A DNA stretch of 49,818 nucleotides, the filler included, from Jimgerdemannia flammicorona (lineage: Eukaryota), in assembly GCA_003990765.1 (NCBI GenBank). It is 2 parts of 2 records of this genome, joined end to end, with 100 filler letters (N's around TTAATTAATTAA, not from the genome) between each part and the next. Parts side by side here need not be neighbours in the genome. Positions count along the whole stretch, not along the records: positions 1 to 24,865 come from RBNJ01000910.1; positions 24,966 to 49,818 come from RBNJ01000911.1. One strand, written 5' to 3'. Shown here piece after piece: positions 13,128 to 25,116 of the stretch. Under the pieces are notes generated by a model, which worked only from the letters and a program-made list of their open reading frames with translations, was not told the origin of the DNA and did not search any database. Each line of letters starts with the position of its first letter. Position 1 is the first letter of the stretch. A program made the position numbers and the translations under genes.

Positions 13128-13796
13128 TCAATTCCAATCGGTCACATATACTTCGCCGTTTGCTCGCCTGTCTCTCTCACACGCGTTCGTCGGATTCGCA
13201 CGTGGTCGGCTGGTACGACAAAAGTAATGAACTCTGCGTCCGGCCCTGGAATCTGTACGGGCTGCTGCTATTCTATGCGACCAGGACCAGGACGGTGACT
13301 CCCTTGGTAGCGAATATGTTGTGGCCTCCTCACGCGTGAATACAATGAGTGGCCGTTTGTCACTGTGATCGGCTATGTCGGCTGCCTGTGCACTTTCGAG
13401 ATAATTCCGTTTGGTTTTTACACTACGATATATTGCGGCGCCAAAATATTCGAAGGAATCAAACCAGGGATTCTCAGTCGTTTTGGTGTGATTATATAGG
13501 ACAATACTATCAGAGTGAGATATGGGGTTCGTTTTATATGGCGTTTTATCTGTGGATCCAGAAAAAATTGGCGCCGACCTGCATGCTTGAATACAGTGTA
13601 CTTTAGGAAATGTTTTGGCTGAGTAGTATATATCTCCCCACCTCGCCCGCATTTGGTCTCTCTGATCCGCAGTACGCCGATGTTGCGCAAAGGAGCCAAG
13701 TTTGCCGACGTGTGCATCACGGCTATCTCCGACGGGTGATCCAGACTCCGAACTGAGCTGGGAACTGGTCGGCCCCGTGATTACGTGATCAGACAT
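13128..13796 (-). CDS. Hypothetical 222-aa ORF; may be spurious or a gene remnant
   Basis: ATG-initiated ORF with no convincing domain. Only a PSWSW string is noted. Confidence 0.2.
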   Translation of the reverse strand: MSDHVITGPTSSQLSSESGSPVGDSRDAHVGKLGSFAQHRRTADQRDQMRARWGDIYYSAKTFPKVHCIQACRSAPIFSGSTDKTPYKTNPISHSDSIVLYNHTKTTENPWFDSFEYFGAAIYRSVKTKRNYLESAQAADIADHSDKRPLIVFTREEATTYSLPRESPSWSWSHRIAAARTDSRAGRRVHYFCRTSRPRANPTNACERDRRANGEVYVTDWN

Positions 13797-14340
13797 GAAA
13801 GTGGCTCATGTAGACTAGTATCTTGCCGTCAAGGAAGCTCAAAAAGGCTGACAAGAATGCCCAGGTGGGTGCAAGTTCTACAAAAAAGATGTCATCATTC
13901 GCACCAGATATACCGATAAGGCCGCTCGCCTCGTTGATTGCGTCAGAGAGTATCCGACGAAAATCTTGTCATATAACATGGTAAACCTTTGGGATAGGAT
14001 CTCCATCACTAAAAAGTTACGCGGGTACACTACAAATCACAGTTCTGCGTGTACACTTGATAGTAACTAATTCGAAATGCGGGGAGTTAGTTTGCAGAAC
14101 GCGTTCTTCGATTACATCTGAATTACGCGGATCAAATGAACAAATCTGTATATTACTTACGGTTCGTGAAACGAAAACATATGCACAGGAAAGGAAATTT
14201 TATATGTAGCAAAAGAAGAAAGATAAAACACTACAATATATATACAAGAATGACCCCCAAATTTGGTTGCGGTAGCAACATCCTCCAATCTCGTCGCCAT
14301 CATTACCGATATACCAAGGCGTCTGTCCGCAAATAACCAA

Positions 14341-15265
14341 TTACGCCAAGTCAGCGTCAACCCTTGTCACCTTCGGCGCGACCATCTGCAAGAACTTATA
14401 GACTTCCTCGTAGACCGTGAAGGCGATACCGCCAGAGAACTATAATGAGAAGAGAGTTTTATAAGTGCGGAGAAAAATATGATAATAACGTGGTGGGAAA
14501 TGTCATTGTATGCACGAAATAAAGCTTCTCGCCATTGCCCAAGCCACAGACACACGAGTCCGATTCAACTTACAATCAATCTGGCCAATCTCGGCGTGGC
14601 ACCTTTTCAAGGCACGAGCACATCATCCTTCCTCGCAACCTTTACCACTTAATCAAAGCTATTCTTGTACAATTTTTTGTCGAGGGTAATAGTGGTATAC
14701 ACCGTGACGATACCTGCCACGCCACCGACGCGAAGGCAGCCTATGAAGGAAGCGGGTCGTCCAGCCTTGCGCAGAGACGCTGCACCAGTGTCTTGGACGG
14801 CGGAGTTGGCATCCTGGCGCATTATGACGGGGAACAGGCCGCGTTATTTGAAAATAGTCCTCACACTTTCGACACCCACTCCAACATGGTGCTCGACCAT
14901 AACCTCCACACTCACTTTATCGTGTCTGACGGCGTGATAATCAGCGCCGTTTCCGTCATACCCACTCCTAACCCTGCAAGGCTTGCCCTGGTCGTCGCAG
15001 AGGGTCTGTGCGAATCGGTCGTAGGCAAGGAAGCGGACAGCGCTCTTTCAAAAAATGAGGACGGATATGCCACGATAGATGGCGAAGATTTCCTTGGTGC
15101 GAACGGTGTGCGTGAGGAGGCCGATCGGGCGGCTGAGGTTGGGGGTGGAAGTAAGTTAAGTGTACTGGCGAAAGTCAGGTTTCTATGACATAATGGGATA
15201 TAACCGATGCCTTACCGCCTGTACAGCCTCTTTACAGTTACAACCTCGTCTTTGTGTATTCGGTC
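14341..15265 (-). pseudogene. CTP1: Unprocessed pseudogene of a mitochondrial citrate carrier (SLC25/CTP1-like)
   Basis: The minus strand reads TEYTKTRL*L, KSAVRFLAYD, LAGLGVGMTETALIITPSDTIK, RGLFPVIMRQDANSAV, GGVAGIVTVYTT and *KGATPRLARLI. An intact intron at 14573-14440 leads to FSGGIAFTVYEEV...*. In-frame stops, frameshifts and deletions interrupt it. Confidence 0.85.
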
Positions 15266-15782
15266 ACGTTTCAAAAGGCATCAAAACGAGTCATAACCTT
15301 GTCAGACGTATTCGCAAGGTGGTATGGGAAGAGAGTGTCTTGGTGGCTTGACAATCATCAATTCAAACAATAACCGAGTGACCACTTGGTTGAATGCAAA
15401 TATTCCAAACATCATAAAAGATTGGACATTATATAACTTCATATATCCAACCAAAAAAATATATCGGTGTGCTGCTACTGAGCTTTTCTGGGGTAGCCTG
15501 TGCCATATCCCTCCAATAGAATTTCCGAAATTTGAGGTGGCAGTGGATAGTTTTCCTGGAGGCAGGAGTCGTAAAGGAACATCACTTTTTATCAAATGGC
15601 ATTTGACACACGCCGTTCCGGGTGCTTTTTCTCTTGGATTTGTTCGTGCAGGTGTGCAGGTGGCATCGCGTATTGCTTGTAGGTGTGTTGTGATGTCACC
15701 CTCTATCCATGCATGACGTATTATTAATTTACGTGTGAGTTTCGCGATTCCTGCGAGTCTTTACGCGACGCGACCAAAGCAC

Positions 15783-18700
15783 ATGCCAGACTCCACCCCC
15801 CTCTCCCCGACCACCATGTCCAACATTCCGCACTCTCCCTCCAAGAAGCGTCGCTTCTTCGAGCTGGACGAACCCGCTCACACTTCGTCATCCCCGTCAC
15901 CCGCCTCCTACATGAACCTCGTCTCGTCCAACCCCGTCGTCCTGCCAGAGGAGACCGTGCCTCCGCACCTTGCAGAGTTGAGGGCAGTCCTGGGCCCGGG
16001 CGTGTCACCGCGGATGCTCGAAGCGTTGTACAAACTGGCGAATGGGAATCTTGATGTCGCCGTGAATAGCTATTTTGAGGGGTCGATGAAGGAGGAGAAG
16101 GAGGTGGCCGCGGTGAAGAAGGGTGTGAATCCCTTTAATGTACTTGAGACAGTAAAGGAAAATAATGAGTTTAAAGGTGGATCTTCGTCGATGCAAATCC
16201 CCACTGCACCGGCAAACAGTAAGAAGAAATCAAAACGCGAGGGGACAACCTGGGCCCGGAAATATATTGGAGAATTTATTGTCATTGGTATATTTATTGA
16301 ATCGTCCATCTCGCAAACACATCATCGCCCTGTTTGCTACTTTCTCATTTTACTTCCCCCCCCCACCACCAGGCTGGTCAAGTTTCAAAGGCCCTAACCC
16401 CCTCCACCCCGGCGACAAAGTCCTTATCGACCGCACTCCTCCTCCGACCCCTACCACAAAACGCGGCAAACTACCATCCACGACGCGCCCCAACACTATC
16501 GTCCGCTTCACGACGCTTCCCACACCAACCTTCCCACGCGCCCTCGAGATCGGTCGTCTGCCATCCTCAACAGCGCGGCACGTTTCCAAGCTGCTCGACC
16601 TCGGTCTCTGCGACTTCGACGGCACTGTGGTGCATTGTTCTGACCGGCTCTCAACGGGTGACGACGTGCTTCTTCAAATCCGCGCGTTCCTTCTTCCGCA
16701 TGCCTTTTCCTTTGACCCTTATTACCGCACCAACGTCGCTGCGTTCGCGCGGAAACCCATTTTCGACAAGGTTGCCGAGACCGACCTGGAACGTGAGGCC
16801 AAGGATCGCCGTGTCGCCATGCTGGCGTTGTTCAAGGCACTTGGACTCAGACCCGTGGGTGCCGCTAGGCCAGATGCGGGCGAGGATGCGTATCGTGAGA
16901 ATTTGGTTGCGGCGGATGAGGTGGAGGGGCCGGCGGGAAGTGTGAAGAAGGAGCTGGGGGTGGAGGAGGATGGGACGAATGTGGCAGAGGCAGAGGAAGG
17001 GGAGAAGCAGATATCGGAGGAGGAGTTAGATAATCTGTATGAGAAAGCGCAGAGGTTCGATGCTGCGTTACCTGAGATGGAGCCGGCGCGGTCGATGGTG
17101 CTCGAGTTGAGGTCGTACCAGAAGCAGGTGCGTTCTGTTTTGTCTATTTGTTAATGTATTTAATTTATTATTGGGATCTCAGAGGGGCGAAGACGGGAAA
17201 GAGTTGGAATTTCTTCTTCTTCTGTTTCTGTTACCCTACAACTCACTTCACTCGGTTCGATACTACTCTGCACAGGCGTTATCATGGATGGTATCCAAGG
17301 AGTCACCCGAGACCGCTGATGGGGAGGGCGCGCGCAAACTAGCGTCATTGCATCCGTTATGGGAAGAGTACGTGTTTCCCGCGGATCTGGAACAAGGGGT
17401 TGGCGCAGTTGGCGAGGAGGAGGAGGAGAGGTTTTATCTTAATCCATATTCTGGTGAGTAAGTGGGAGGTGTTCTGGGTGTCGATAGGGTTTTTGAGGTG
17501 ATGGGAACTGATTACTGTGTTGGGATGGGTTTGATATCGTTTATTAGGAGAAGTGAGCCTGAAGTTTCAGCCGGCGGGGTCAATGTGTCGAGGCGGGATC
17601 TTGGCGGATGGCAAGTACCATAACAATCATATCGGCATCGAATCTACTCTACGAAGACATGGAATCCAATAATAACACTCACTTCTCCCAGAAATGGGCC
17701 TCGGTAAAACGATCGAAATCCTCTCCCTGATTCACACCAACCGGCCTATCCTCCCCCTTCCGCCCTCCACCTCCGCCCCCACCCGCCACTCTTCGCCCAC
17801 AACCCTAATCCTGTGCCCGATGTCCCTCCTCGCTCAATGGCGTGATGAGCTCCTGCGCGGCTCAGCTCCCGGCACGCTGAAGGTGGATGTATACTATGGT
17901 GGAACCAAGGACCGTGCTGTACGCGAATCGTGCTGCCGGTGGGATGGTCGCGCCCCTGACGTGCTCGTCACGAGCTATGGCACCGTTATGAGCGAGTGGT
18001 GTGCGGGCGCTGAGGGAGGGAGGAGGGGGTTGTTTGGTGTCGAGTTTTGGAGGGTCGTGTTAGATGAGGCGCACCAGATTAAAGTGAGGACTACCAAGAC
18101 TGCGAGAAGTTGTTTTGCGTTGGAGGCACAGAGGAGGTGGGTTGTTACGGGGACGCCGATTCAGGTTAGTGAGATATTTATTTTTTTATTATCATTAGTA
18201 GTATTGCCTACATGATTTTCTGATCTCACCAAGCTCCTTCCTTCCTTTACGTACACCCAGAACAAACTCGAAGACCTCTTCTCGCTCGCGCACTTCCTCC
18301 GCTCCGAACCCTGGTCTAACTACACCTTCTGGCGTGCGCATATCAGCCTGCCGTTCGAATCCAAGGACGCGCGGGCGCTGGACGTGGTGCAGACCGTACT
18401 GGAGCCGCTCGTACTTCGCCGCACCAAGGCCATGCGCGGGCCCGACGGTACCGCACTCGTCCAACTGCCGGACAAGACCATCGACGTGGAGTTCCTCGAC
18501 TTCTCGCCTGCCGAGCAGGAGATTTATGATGGATTGTTTAAGGACTCTAAGAGGCGATTCTCTACGTTCGTTAATCAGGGGAAGGTGTTGAGTCAATACG
18601 CGAGTATTTTTCAGTTGTTGATGAGGTGAGGTTTTATTTTTTTTTCTTGGGCAAGGAAAGGAGGATAATGAAGTGAATGGTGTTCGAGGGTGAGTATGTG

Positions 18701-20182
18701 GGATTTTATATTGATAAGTACGTGGATTTTGATCAGTATCTTGATATTACGGGAATTGGCTTCCTTTGAACGGACTAAAGATTGCGACAGGTTTGTGACC
18801 ATCCCTACCTCATCCTCGGCGGCAAGAACTCCCAGGGCGAAGACGTCGTTCTCAAGGTACAGTCGCCTTTTTTTTCCTCTCGTTCACCTGCCTCTACAGA
18901 CACTCATACAACTCGTCCTCTTCCTATATATCACCCATCTCATAGGACGGTCCAGTCTCCCTCGACGAGCTGATAGCGAAGTTCGACGCTTCCGGCTCTA
19001 GCCCCGGTTCCACGGACGGCGCACCCTCGTATGGCGCCTCAGTCCTGCAGCGGCTCATGGAAGGAGCCGGCGCGGACGACGAACAGGAGTGTACTATCTG
19101 CTTCGAAACCCTCGAGGGCGGCGTGTTGATGCCGTGCATGCATATAGCATGCAGGACTTGCGTCCTGGATTGTTTGCAGGTGCGTGCGTGAATCCAACAT
19201 GTTTAGGATGTACCGACAATCTCGTTCCTTTGATCAGAGTATATGAATCTGATTTCTTATGTACTCCACCGTACCCAGAAACGTGAAGACGAAGGTGAGG
19301 AAGGCCAATGCCCCATCTGCCGGCACGGGCCCATCACCGAGGGCGATCTCCTCGAGGTGATCAAGCGGCATAGCACCTCCTCCTCCTCTCCCTCAACCTC
19401 TTCCACCTCCAAACCCTCGCTCTCCCTGCGCCACAACACGTTCCGATCGAGCACGAAGGTGGACGCGCTGCTACGGCACCTGATGACGTGGCGGCGCGCC
19501 CGCCCAGGCGTCAAGACGGTAGTCTTCTCGCAGTTCACCAGGATGCTGGACCTAGTGCAGATCGCACTCGAGCGCGACGAGTTCAGATATGTCCGCCTCG
19601 ATGGTACATTGCCGCAGACGGCTAGGGAGAGCGTGCTTAGGAAGTTTAAGGAGGAGACCAGGATCGATGTTATGCTCATTAGCTTGAAAGCTGGAGGAGT
19701 TGGGTTGAATTTAACTTGCGCGAGTAGGGTCGTGGTGATGGTAGGTTGTTTGGGGTGCCGAAATGTGGACGATGGGCGAGTCTCTTGTTGCGTTCATCTG
19801 ACGCGAAACATGTATTTTGTCGCCTCATAGGACCCGTGGTGGAACTACGCGGTGGAGGCTCAGGCGATTGACCGTGTGCATCGGCTCGGGCAAACGGAAG
19901 AGGTGATCGTTAAGCGGCTCATCATTCGCGGGTCAGTCGAGGAGAAAATCCTGGCGATACAGAATAGAAAAAACGTGAGTGTGTTTTCATCTGGGAAAAA
20001 TAGGCAGTAAAACGTGGTGAATTACAATGTCGTGTTGCGTCGTTTTAATTTTATCTCCTTACCCCTACCCGATTCTGATCGCCTTCCAGGCCCTCGCGAG
20101 CGGACTCGGTATGTCCAAGGACGAGGCGAAGACACAGCGGGTCGAGGATCTGTGGATTCTGTTTGGAGAGAAAGAGGTGTGA
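15783..20182 (+). CDS. RAD5: DNA repair helicase / E3 ligase Rad5 (CUE/UBA-like, HIRAN, SNF2 ATPase, RING, helicase C)
   Basis: Exons: 15783-16287, 16373-17127, 17276-17453, 17548-17610, 17692-18164, 18261-18625, 18781-18856, 18946-19179, 19279-19740, 19831-19974, 20090-20182. Motifs: EIGRLP (HIRAN), [84 protein letters not shown]. Confidence 0.95.
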
Positions 20183-20834
20183 TTGCGGTCGTGGTGCAGA
20201 GGTCGGGCGGTCGGGATGGGTATGGATATACATGATGGAAGGGGACAAGTCAGTTTGCGGCGTATGAATAGGCATGTTTTTTTTTTTTTTTTTTTCTCGG
20301 TAAATGGCCTCAAAGGGCAGCGAACCATTCTTTGACGAATGCACCTACGATCTACTCCATGGTGTATGGAGCAAAAATAAAATAGACTTTAACGGGACAT
20401 CTACGTGGAGACATCGTCCGAAAATACTATCGACATTATGTGGGTGTAGCTGCCTGAAATGTACATGCAGGCAGTAGTTGTATATAATAGAGAATATATT
20501 TGAGAATCTGTTACTCTTTTTTAATTAATAAGATTTTATAATATTAATTATAATATATTTTTATTATATTTTATGATATAATTTTAAATTAATTAAGCTT
20601 TATTATAACTCAGTGTTGTAGATTTTTTTTTTAAAAAAAAAAAAAAAACGGACTAACCGAAAATGTACGCAAGTGACTGCGGAATTTCAAAACGGTGCCG
20701 AAACTAATAGATGTGGTCTCTACTCCGTTGCAGCAATGATCGTAATTCAACTTATTTTACGTAACCTGGAATCGACCCGACCTTCAGCCACGTTAGCTGC
20801 ATATCTCGCTCGGTTCTCCGTAAATTCTCCGCAG

Positions 20835-20920
20835 CACAGTGTCGTATCCCAGCTGGGAATAAACACAGTGTCGTATCCCAGCTGGGAATAGACAGTGTCG
20901 TATCCCGGCTGGGAATAGAC
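20835..20920. repeat. Three tandem ~28-bp units ACAGTGTCGTATCCCAGCTGGGAATA with an internal palindrome
   Basis: Direct repeats start at 20835, 20864 and 20892, with palindromic core CCCAGCTGGG and no spacers. Confidence 0.9.
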
Positions 20921-22336
20921 CGGCCTTGTGGCGCAGTGTCCAGCATGTATAATGGTCAGTGCCTTGACACCTGCCTCCCCACCAACCTTCCCTCGGCCAA
21001 CCCATGACCCACGCTCTCTACATCACCTCCGTCGACGGTATAGTTATAATCCGGATTTTCCGTAAGCTATCCGTCGCCAAACAATACGTGCTCCTGGAAG
21101 CCGTACGGAAGCGGGTGGTGAAGGCCACAGCTGTTGTTGACACTATTTCACTTTTAGTTCTGGTGCCATGTCCTTGTATAGCTCAAACTCATCGGTGTCT
21201 CACCGACGGGAACCACCAACCTGCTCGTCATGGTAAGCGCCACTCTGAGCCGGTGTCGATTAAGAAACTAAATATATTTCGTGCCTCGTACAGCATTCCG
21301 CGGTGGTTTACCTCTACACACTATCGGCATGGACAGCCTCTGATGAATGTGCCTGACTGAACAGGCGATGTGTTTGGAGGCTCGGCTAACGGAAGGTCCG
21401 TTCAAGGTCTGTTCAAGGCCCGCTCAAGGCCGTGCTCGGTGACCCATCGCTCGGTTTGGTACATTGTCATTTCTAGCGGTTTTAATGGTCTCCTTGATAC
21501 CAAGCATAGGAATGTCACCAATCCAAAAAAAAACCCCCCGTGCAGTCAAGACCCGGAAGACCGAGCGGTAGGTACCTTGCCTATGAAGCAGGTGAAGAAA
21601 TGGTGCCGAGAAGAAAGGTTGTATGATTTTTTTCTTTTTCTGTTTGCCCTTTGTAAAGCGATTATCCTGCAGAGAGTGATTTCTCGCCTTTCTTCGCTCT
21701 AAATTCTGTCAGTTCTTGCTGCTTTCCACCCTACGCACTCGCCCAAAAACCTAGCCACCGTTAGGCGTCGTTACCGAGGAGCCGATCTGACTAATATCGG
21801 TACCTTGACATCATCCCCAGCCCCCCATTCTTATTAATGCTGGTGGCTGTGAATATTATGTCGAGGTGTGCGGATAGTGTGAAACAGGCCTGGGAAAATG
21901 GTAGGTGCTCCTCCCGCAGCCTTTGCCATTTCAATGGAGCTGACATGACTTCTAAGTTACATTGACAGGTTGGCGGCTTCGATGTATATCCGCAGTAAAA
22001 CTGGCCCAATGGAAATTTCTGCGGTTCATTTATCAACTCCGGTTAAAAAAGGAGTGGCGGGAGACCAAGGAAATCACTCGTATTTTCGATTTTCACGATG
22101 CTGCGCAGTAATATTAGTAACAATTACTCTCTTTGAAATTTGCTTCCCAATGGGTGGTGTTGGCGGGTTCGCGGAGCCGGCGGCTGAGCCGAGTCTCGGG
22201 GCCGCCGCTGCGGTTTACATACTATTTTTGGAATCTGCGCAATTACTTCGTACTATATATCAAAGCAATTGGCACTACACTACATCGCTATAAATTGTAA
22301 GCCATTGGCTCACTCTCTTAGTTTCAGTATCCCACC

Positions 22337-24187
22337 ATGAACTCTACCACTTATACATCCTCATCGCTTCCCAATGCCAATCCTTCTTTCCCAAGGATGT
22401 CCGTCTTCTTATCAGGTCTTGCACTGCTTATATTCTGTCCGCACTCATAAGTAGAATATCTTAGCTCACAAGTACTAAAACGTCGCTGTCATTCACTTTC
22501 CCCACCATCCCTGCCATTCTACTCCTCCCTCTCCGCCCCTTTGTATTCGGCTTAGCCAACAAAGGTCTGATCTGCCCGATATGCAAGAAACACTTTGCGA
22601 ACGATGCAATGGAGCTGCCGTGCTCACATAGGTTTCACAACAAATGTCTGCAGCCCAAATGGATGACAGGGAATTGGGGGATGTGCCCAGAATGGTAGGA
22701 TTGGGTCAGACTATATTGGAAATTTAATACAAGGTGTACTTACTACATTTCTGAATGTCGATGTGCGTATGGCTAACCTATACATTCGTACGTATCTTCA
22801 CCTTTCCATTTGTCATAAAAGCCCACAGTCTCTTGACTCCGGCAAATTGGGATCTTCCTTGCTTCCTTTTTGCCCGATTGATGTATCAAAACCGACATCG
22901 AACACCACTGTCTTTTTGCCGATTACTGGACAGACCAAAGAGTGTATGGACTGTCGCTGGAAAAAAAAGTGCTGCTTACACGCCAGCTTAAGGGTAACTC
23001 ACGCACCAAAGAGGACCAAACCTGGTGGCGCATGTGCTCAGTGCAAAAAGCTCAAGAAACAGTGCGACGGGTTTCCGTGCTCCCGCTGTAAAAATCTTGG
23101 TATTGATTGTCAACGGCAGATCGTGAAAACTCGCGCGAATATGCTTTTTGTTGATAGCAAAAAACCATATGCTCGCGTGGCAAAGGTCGGAGGGACCACT
23201 GCTCAAGATGAATCACTGCCCGCCGCATCGCCGCAGACTGTCCAGGACAAGGAAGTTGAAATACACGCCGACAGTGATGGAAATCGCAACACGAACCAAG
23301 GATTGCTACCGCATCAACCACTAGCAGCATATTCGTTATCTCGAGTAGCTATCGAAAGTACGACAACGGCGACTATAGGACGACAGGGGCAATGTGCGCG
23401 ACGCCAGGATTGCCCTTATTCACGCTATGGAGTGCCTTGCACTGTTTGTAAGAAATTCGGCGAGAAAAGTGCACCTGCAACGCACGCTCGCCTCCAGCGT
23501 TTGGCGAACATCGATCGGCTTGACGACGCCGCTTCAATACTCCAACCATATTGTGGATCGACTTCATTTTTACTTGCGCCTGGCGGGTGTAAGGACACTG
23601 CGCAAATCAAAATACGCTCCAACATTAGGCTGATTTTGGAGCTCATTTGCAGTGCACTACCGGAGGTCATTGTCGATCTGAAAGATGACCACGAATTATG
23701 CGCAAATACCGCAATTCGTGGAGCGCTGTGGACCGCTGCATCAGAGGCTTCTAGTATCAGGGACAAACGGTTGATAGGAGATCTGGAAAGACGATTTACC
23801 ACTTGCGACGACACGGAGGCTCTGAAAACGATTTGTCAATTGGGCATGCTTTTTCAGAGGATTTTTGTTGCTATTGACAACAAGGATGACATAATTCATA
23901 ACATTATAGAACTATTCGCACACATAGAAAAATCTTTTTCGATCGTGTGTTGTGACAATTGTTCCAAAAAGCTAAAAACACTTATTCGATCTACTTTGCC
24001 GGATTTTGGGGATGACCTCGAGGGTCATAGTTATTCGTCTATGATATATTGTATATGCTTGTTACTAGACTGGTATCAGCTTGTTAGTCTACAAGATAAT
24101 TTGTGTATGAAATATGCCCACAGCATTGATATGAGCAACCTAATTTCTAAAGTTAAAGATATAGTTGGTATAGTCACAGAGTGGTAA
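22337..24187 (+). CDS. RING-H2 + CxxC-CxxH + Zn2Cys6 protein; distant paralogue of the 10642-12222 gene
   Basis: The RING exon (~22556-22694) reads CPIC...LPCSHRFHNKC...W...CPE(C). An intron at 22695-22821 (GTAGGA donor, CTAAC branch site, AAG acceptor) joins it in frame to the main exon 22822-24187, which has CMDCRWKKKCCLH and ACAQCKKLKKQCDGFPCSRCKNLGIDC. First exon and start codon (22337 or 22374) are uncertain. TATAAA lies at ~22289. Confidence 0.8.
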
Positions 24188-24232
24188 ACAAATAAACTTG
24201 TCTCGTATGTATATATATATAATTTGAGGAAT

Positions 24233-24269
<37 letters not shown>

Positions 24270-24865
24270 GTTAAACTTCAACATGGACACACTCCACATG
24301 TCTCGAATCCTGGCACCTTATCGAACAACAGAAAATTCTCGTTCAATATCCCCAAGCACCCTCCCACCAAGTTTCAACAAACCTCACAAATGTCAGCCGT
24401 GAACTAACCATGGCATAATAATAATAATAACCACCAAATTTTGCACACCTCCAAAGCGAAGCTCGGTCGACTTGAAAGCAAACTCGCCGAGTCCCTAATT
24501 AAGACCAGGCCCGAGCGAGCCGGGACGGGTACTCATAGACATCGATGAAAATTGTAAGTTGCGGCGGCGACATCCGCGAAGGACCTCGGTCGACAGACGG
24601 TGATGTATATACATATACGGCACCAGCCTCGATTTTTGTGGTGTCCAATGTTGACGCTGGCACAGCCTAGAATCGAATGACTTGGTAGCAAGAAATACAT
24701 GTGTAATCCGTTTATTCAATGTCATGAATATCGTGTCCATATTGTGATTTGCTTTTTCAGGAACGAGGACGAGAATGAAAACCCGCCGCGAGAGGACCGA
24801 GTATATGGAGATAGAAGCTTACTGTTGTTGAGAGGCGCAGGAGGGGGGAGGGGGGGGTTGGATAT

Positions 24866-24965
24866 NNNNNNNNNNNNNNNNNNNNNNNNNNNNNNNNNNN
24901 NNNNNNNNNTTAATTAATTAANNNNNNNNNNNNNNNNNNNNNNNNNNNNNNNNNNNNNNNNNNNN
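24866..24965. other. Artificial assembly/concatenation spacer
   Basis: 44 N + TTAATTAATTAA (stops in all six frames) + 44 N = 100 nt. Composition changes abruptly across it. Confidence 0.95.
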
Positions 24966-25116
24966 AAAATATAAATGTTCCTATATTTATTTAATAGAAA
25001 AAAAATATATATTACATACCTTGGTTTTGTAAGATATCAAGAAAATTGTTGACAATTTTGACAGATGAAGAATGATCTTATAGCTGAGTTAGAAATAAAA
25101 TATAGACATCACAAAC

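Noticed and set aside
13128..13796. PSWSW motif suggesting a HET-domain protein
   Set aside because: A single short motif, with none of the other HET-domain blocks recognisable.
14535..15188. 217-aa plus-strand ORF
   Set aside because: Antisense shadow of the citrate-carrier pseudogene.
20510..20650. Short very AT-rich island in the genic half
   Set aside because: No TIR, TSD or repeat structure found, so it cannot be assigned.
20835..20920. CRISPR-like palindromic ~28-bp repeats
   Set aside because: The units are directly adjacent with no unique spacers, there are no cas genes, and the context is eukaryotic.
20930..21500. Coding-like GC-balanced stretch, possible gene fragment
   Set aside because: No frame gave a recognisable family or a consistent splice structure.
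24430..24865. Possible exon fragments next to the gap
   Set aside because: No identifiable product, and truncated by the spacer.
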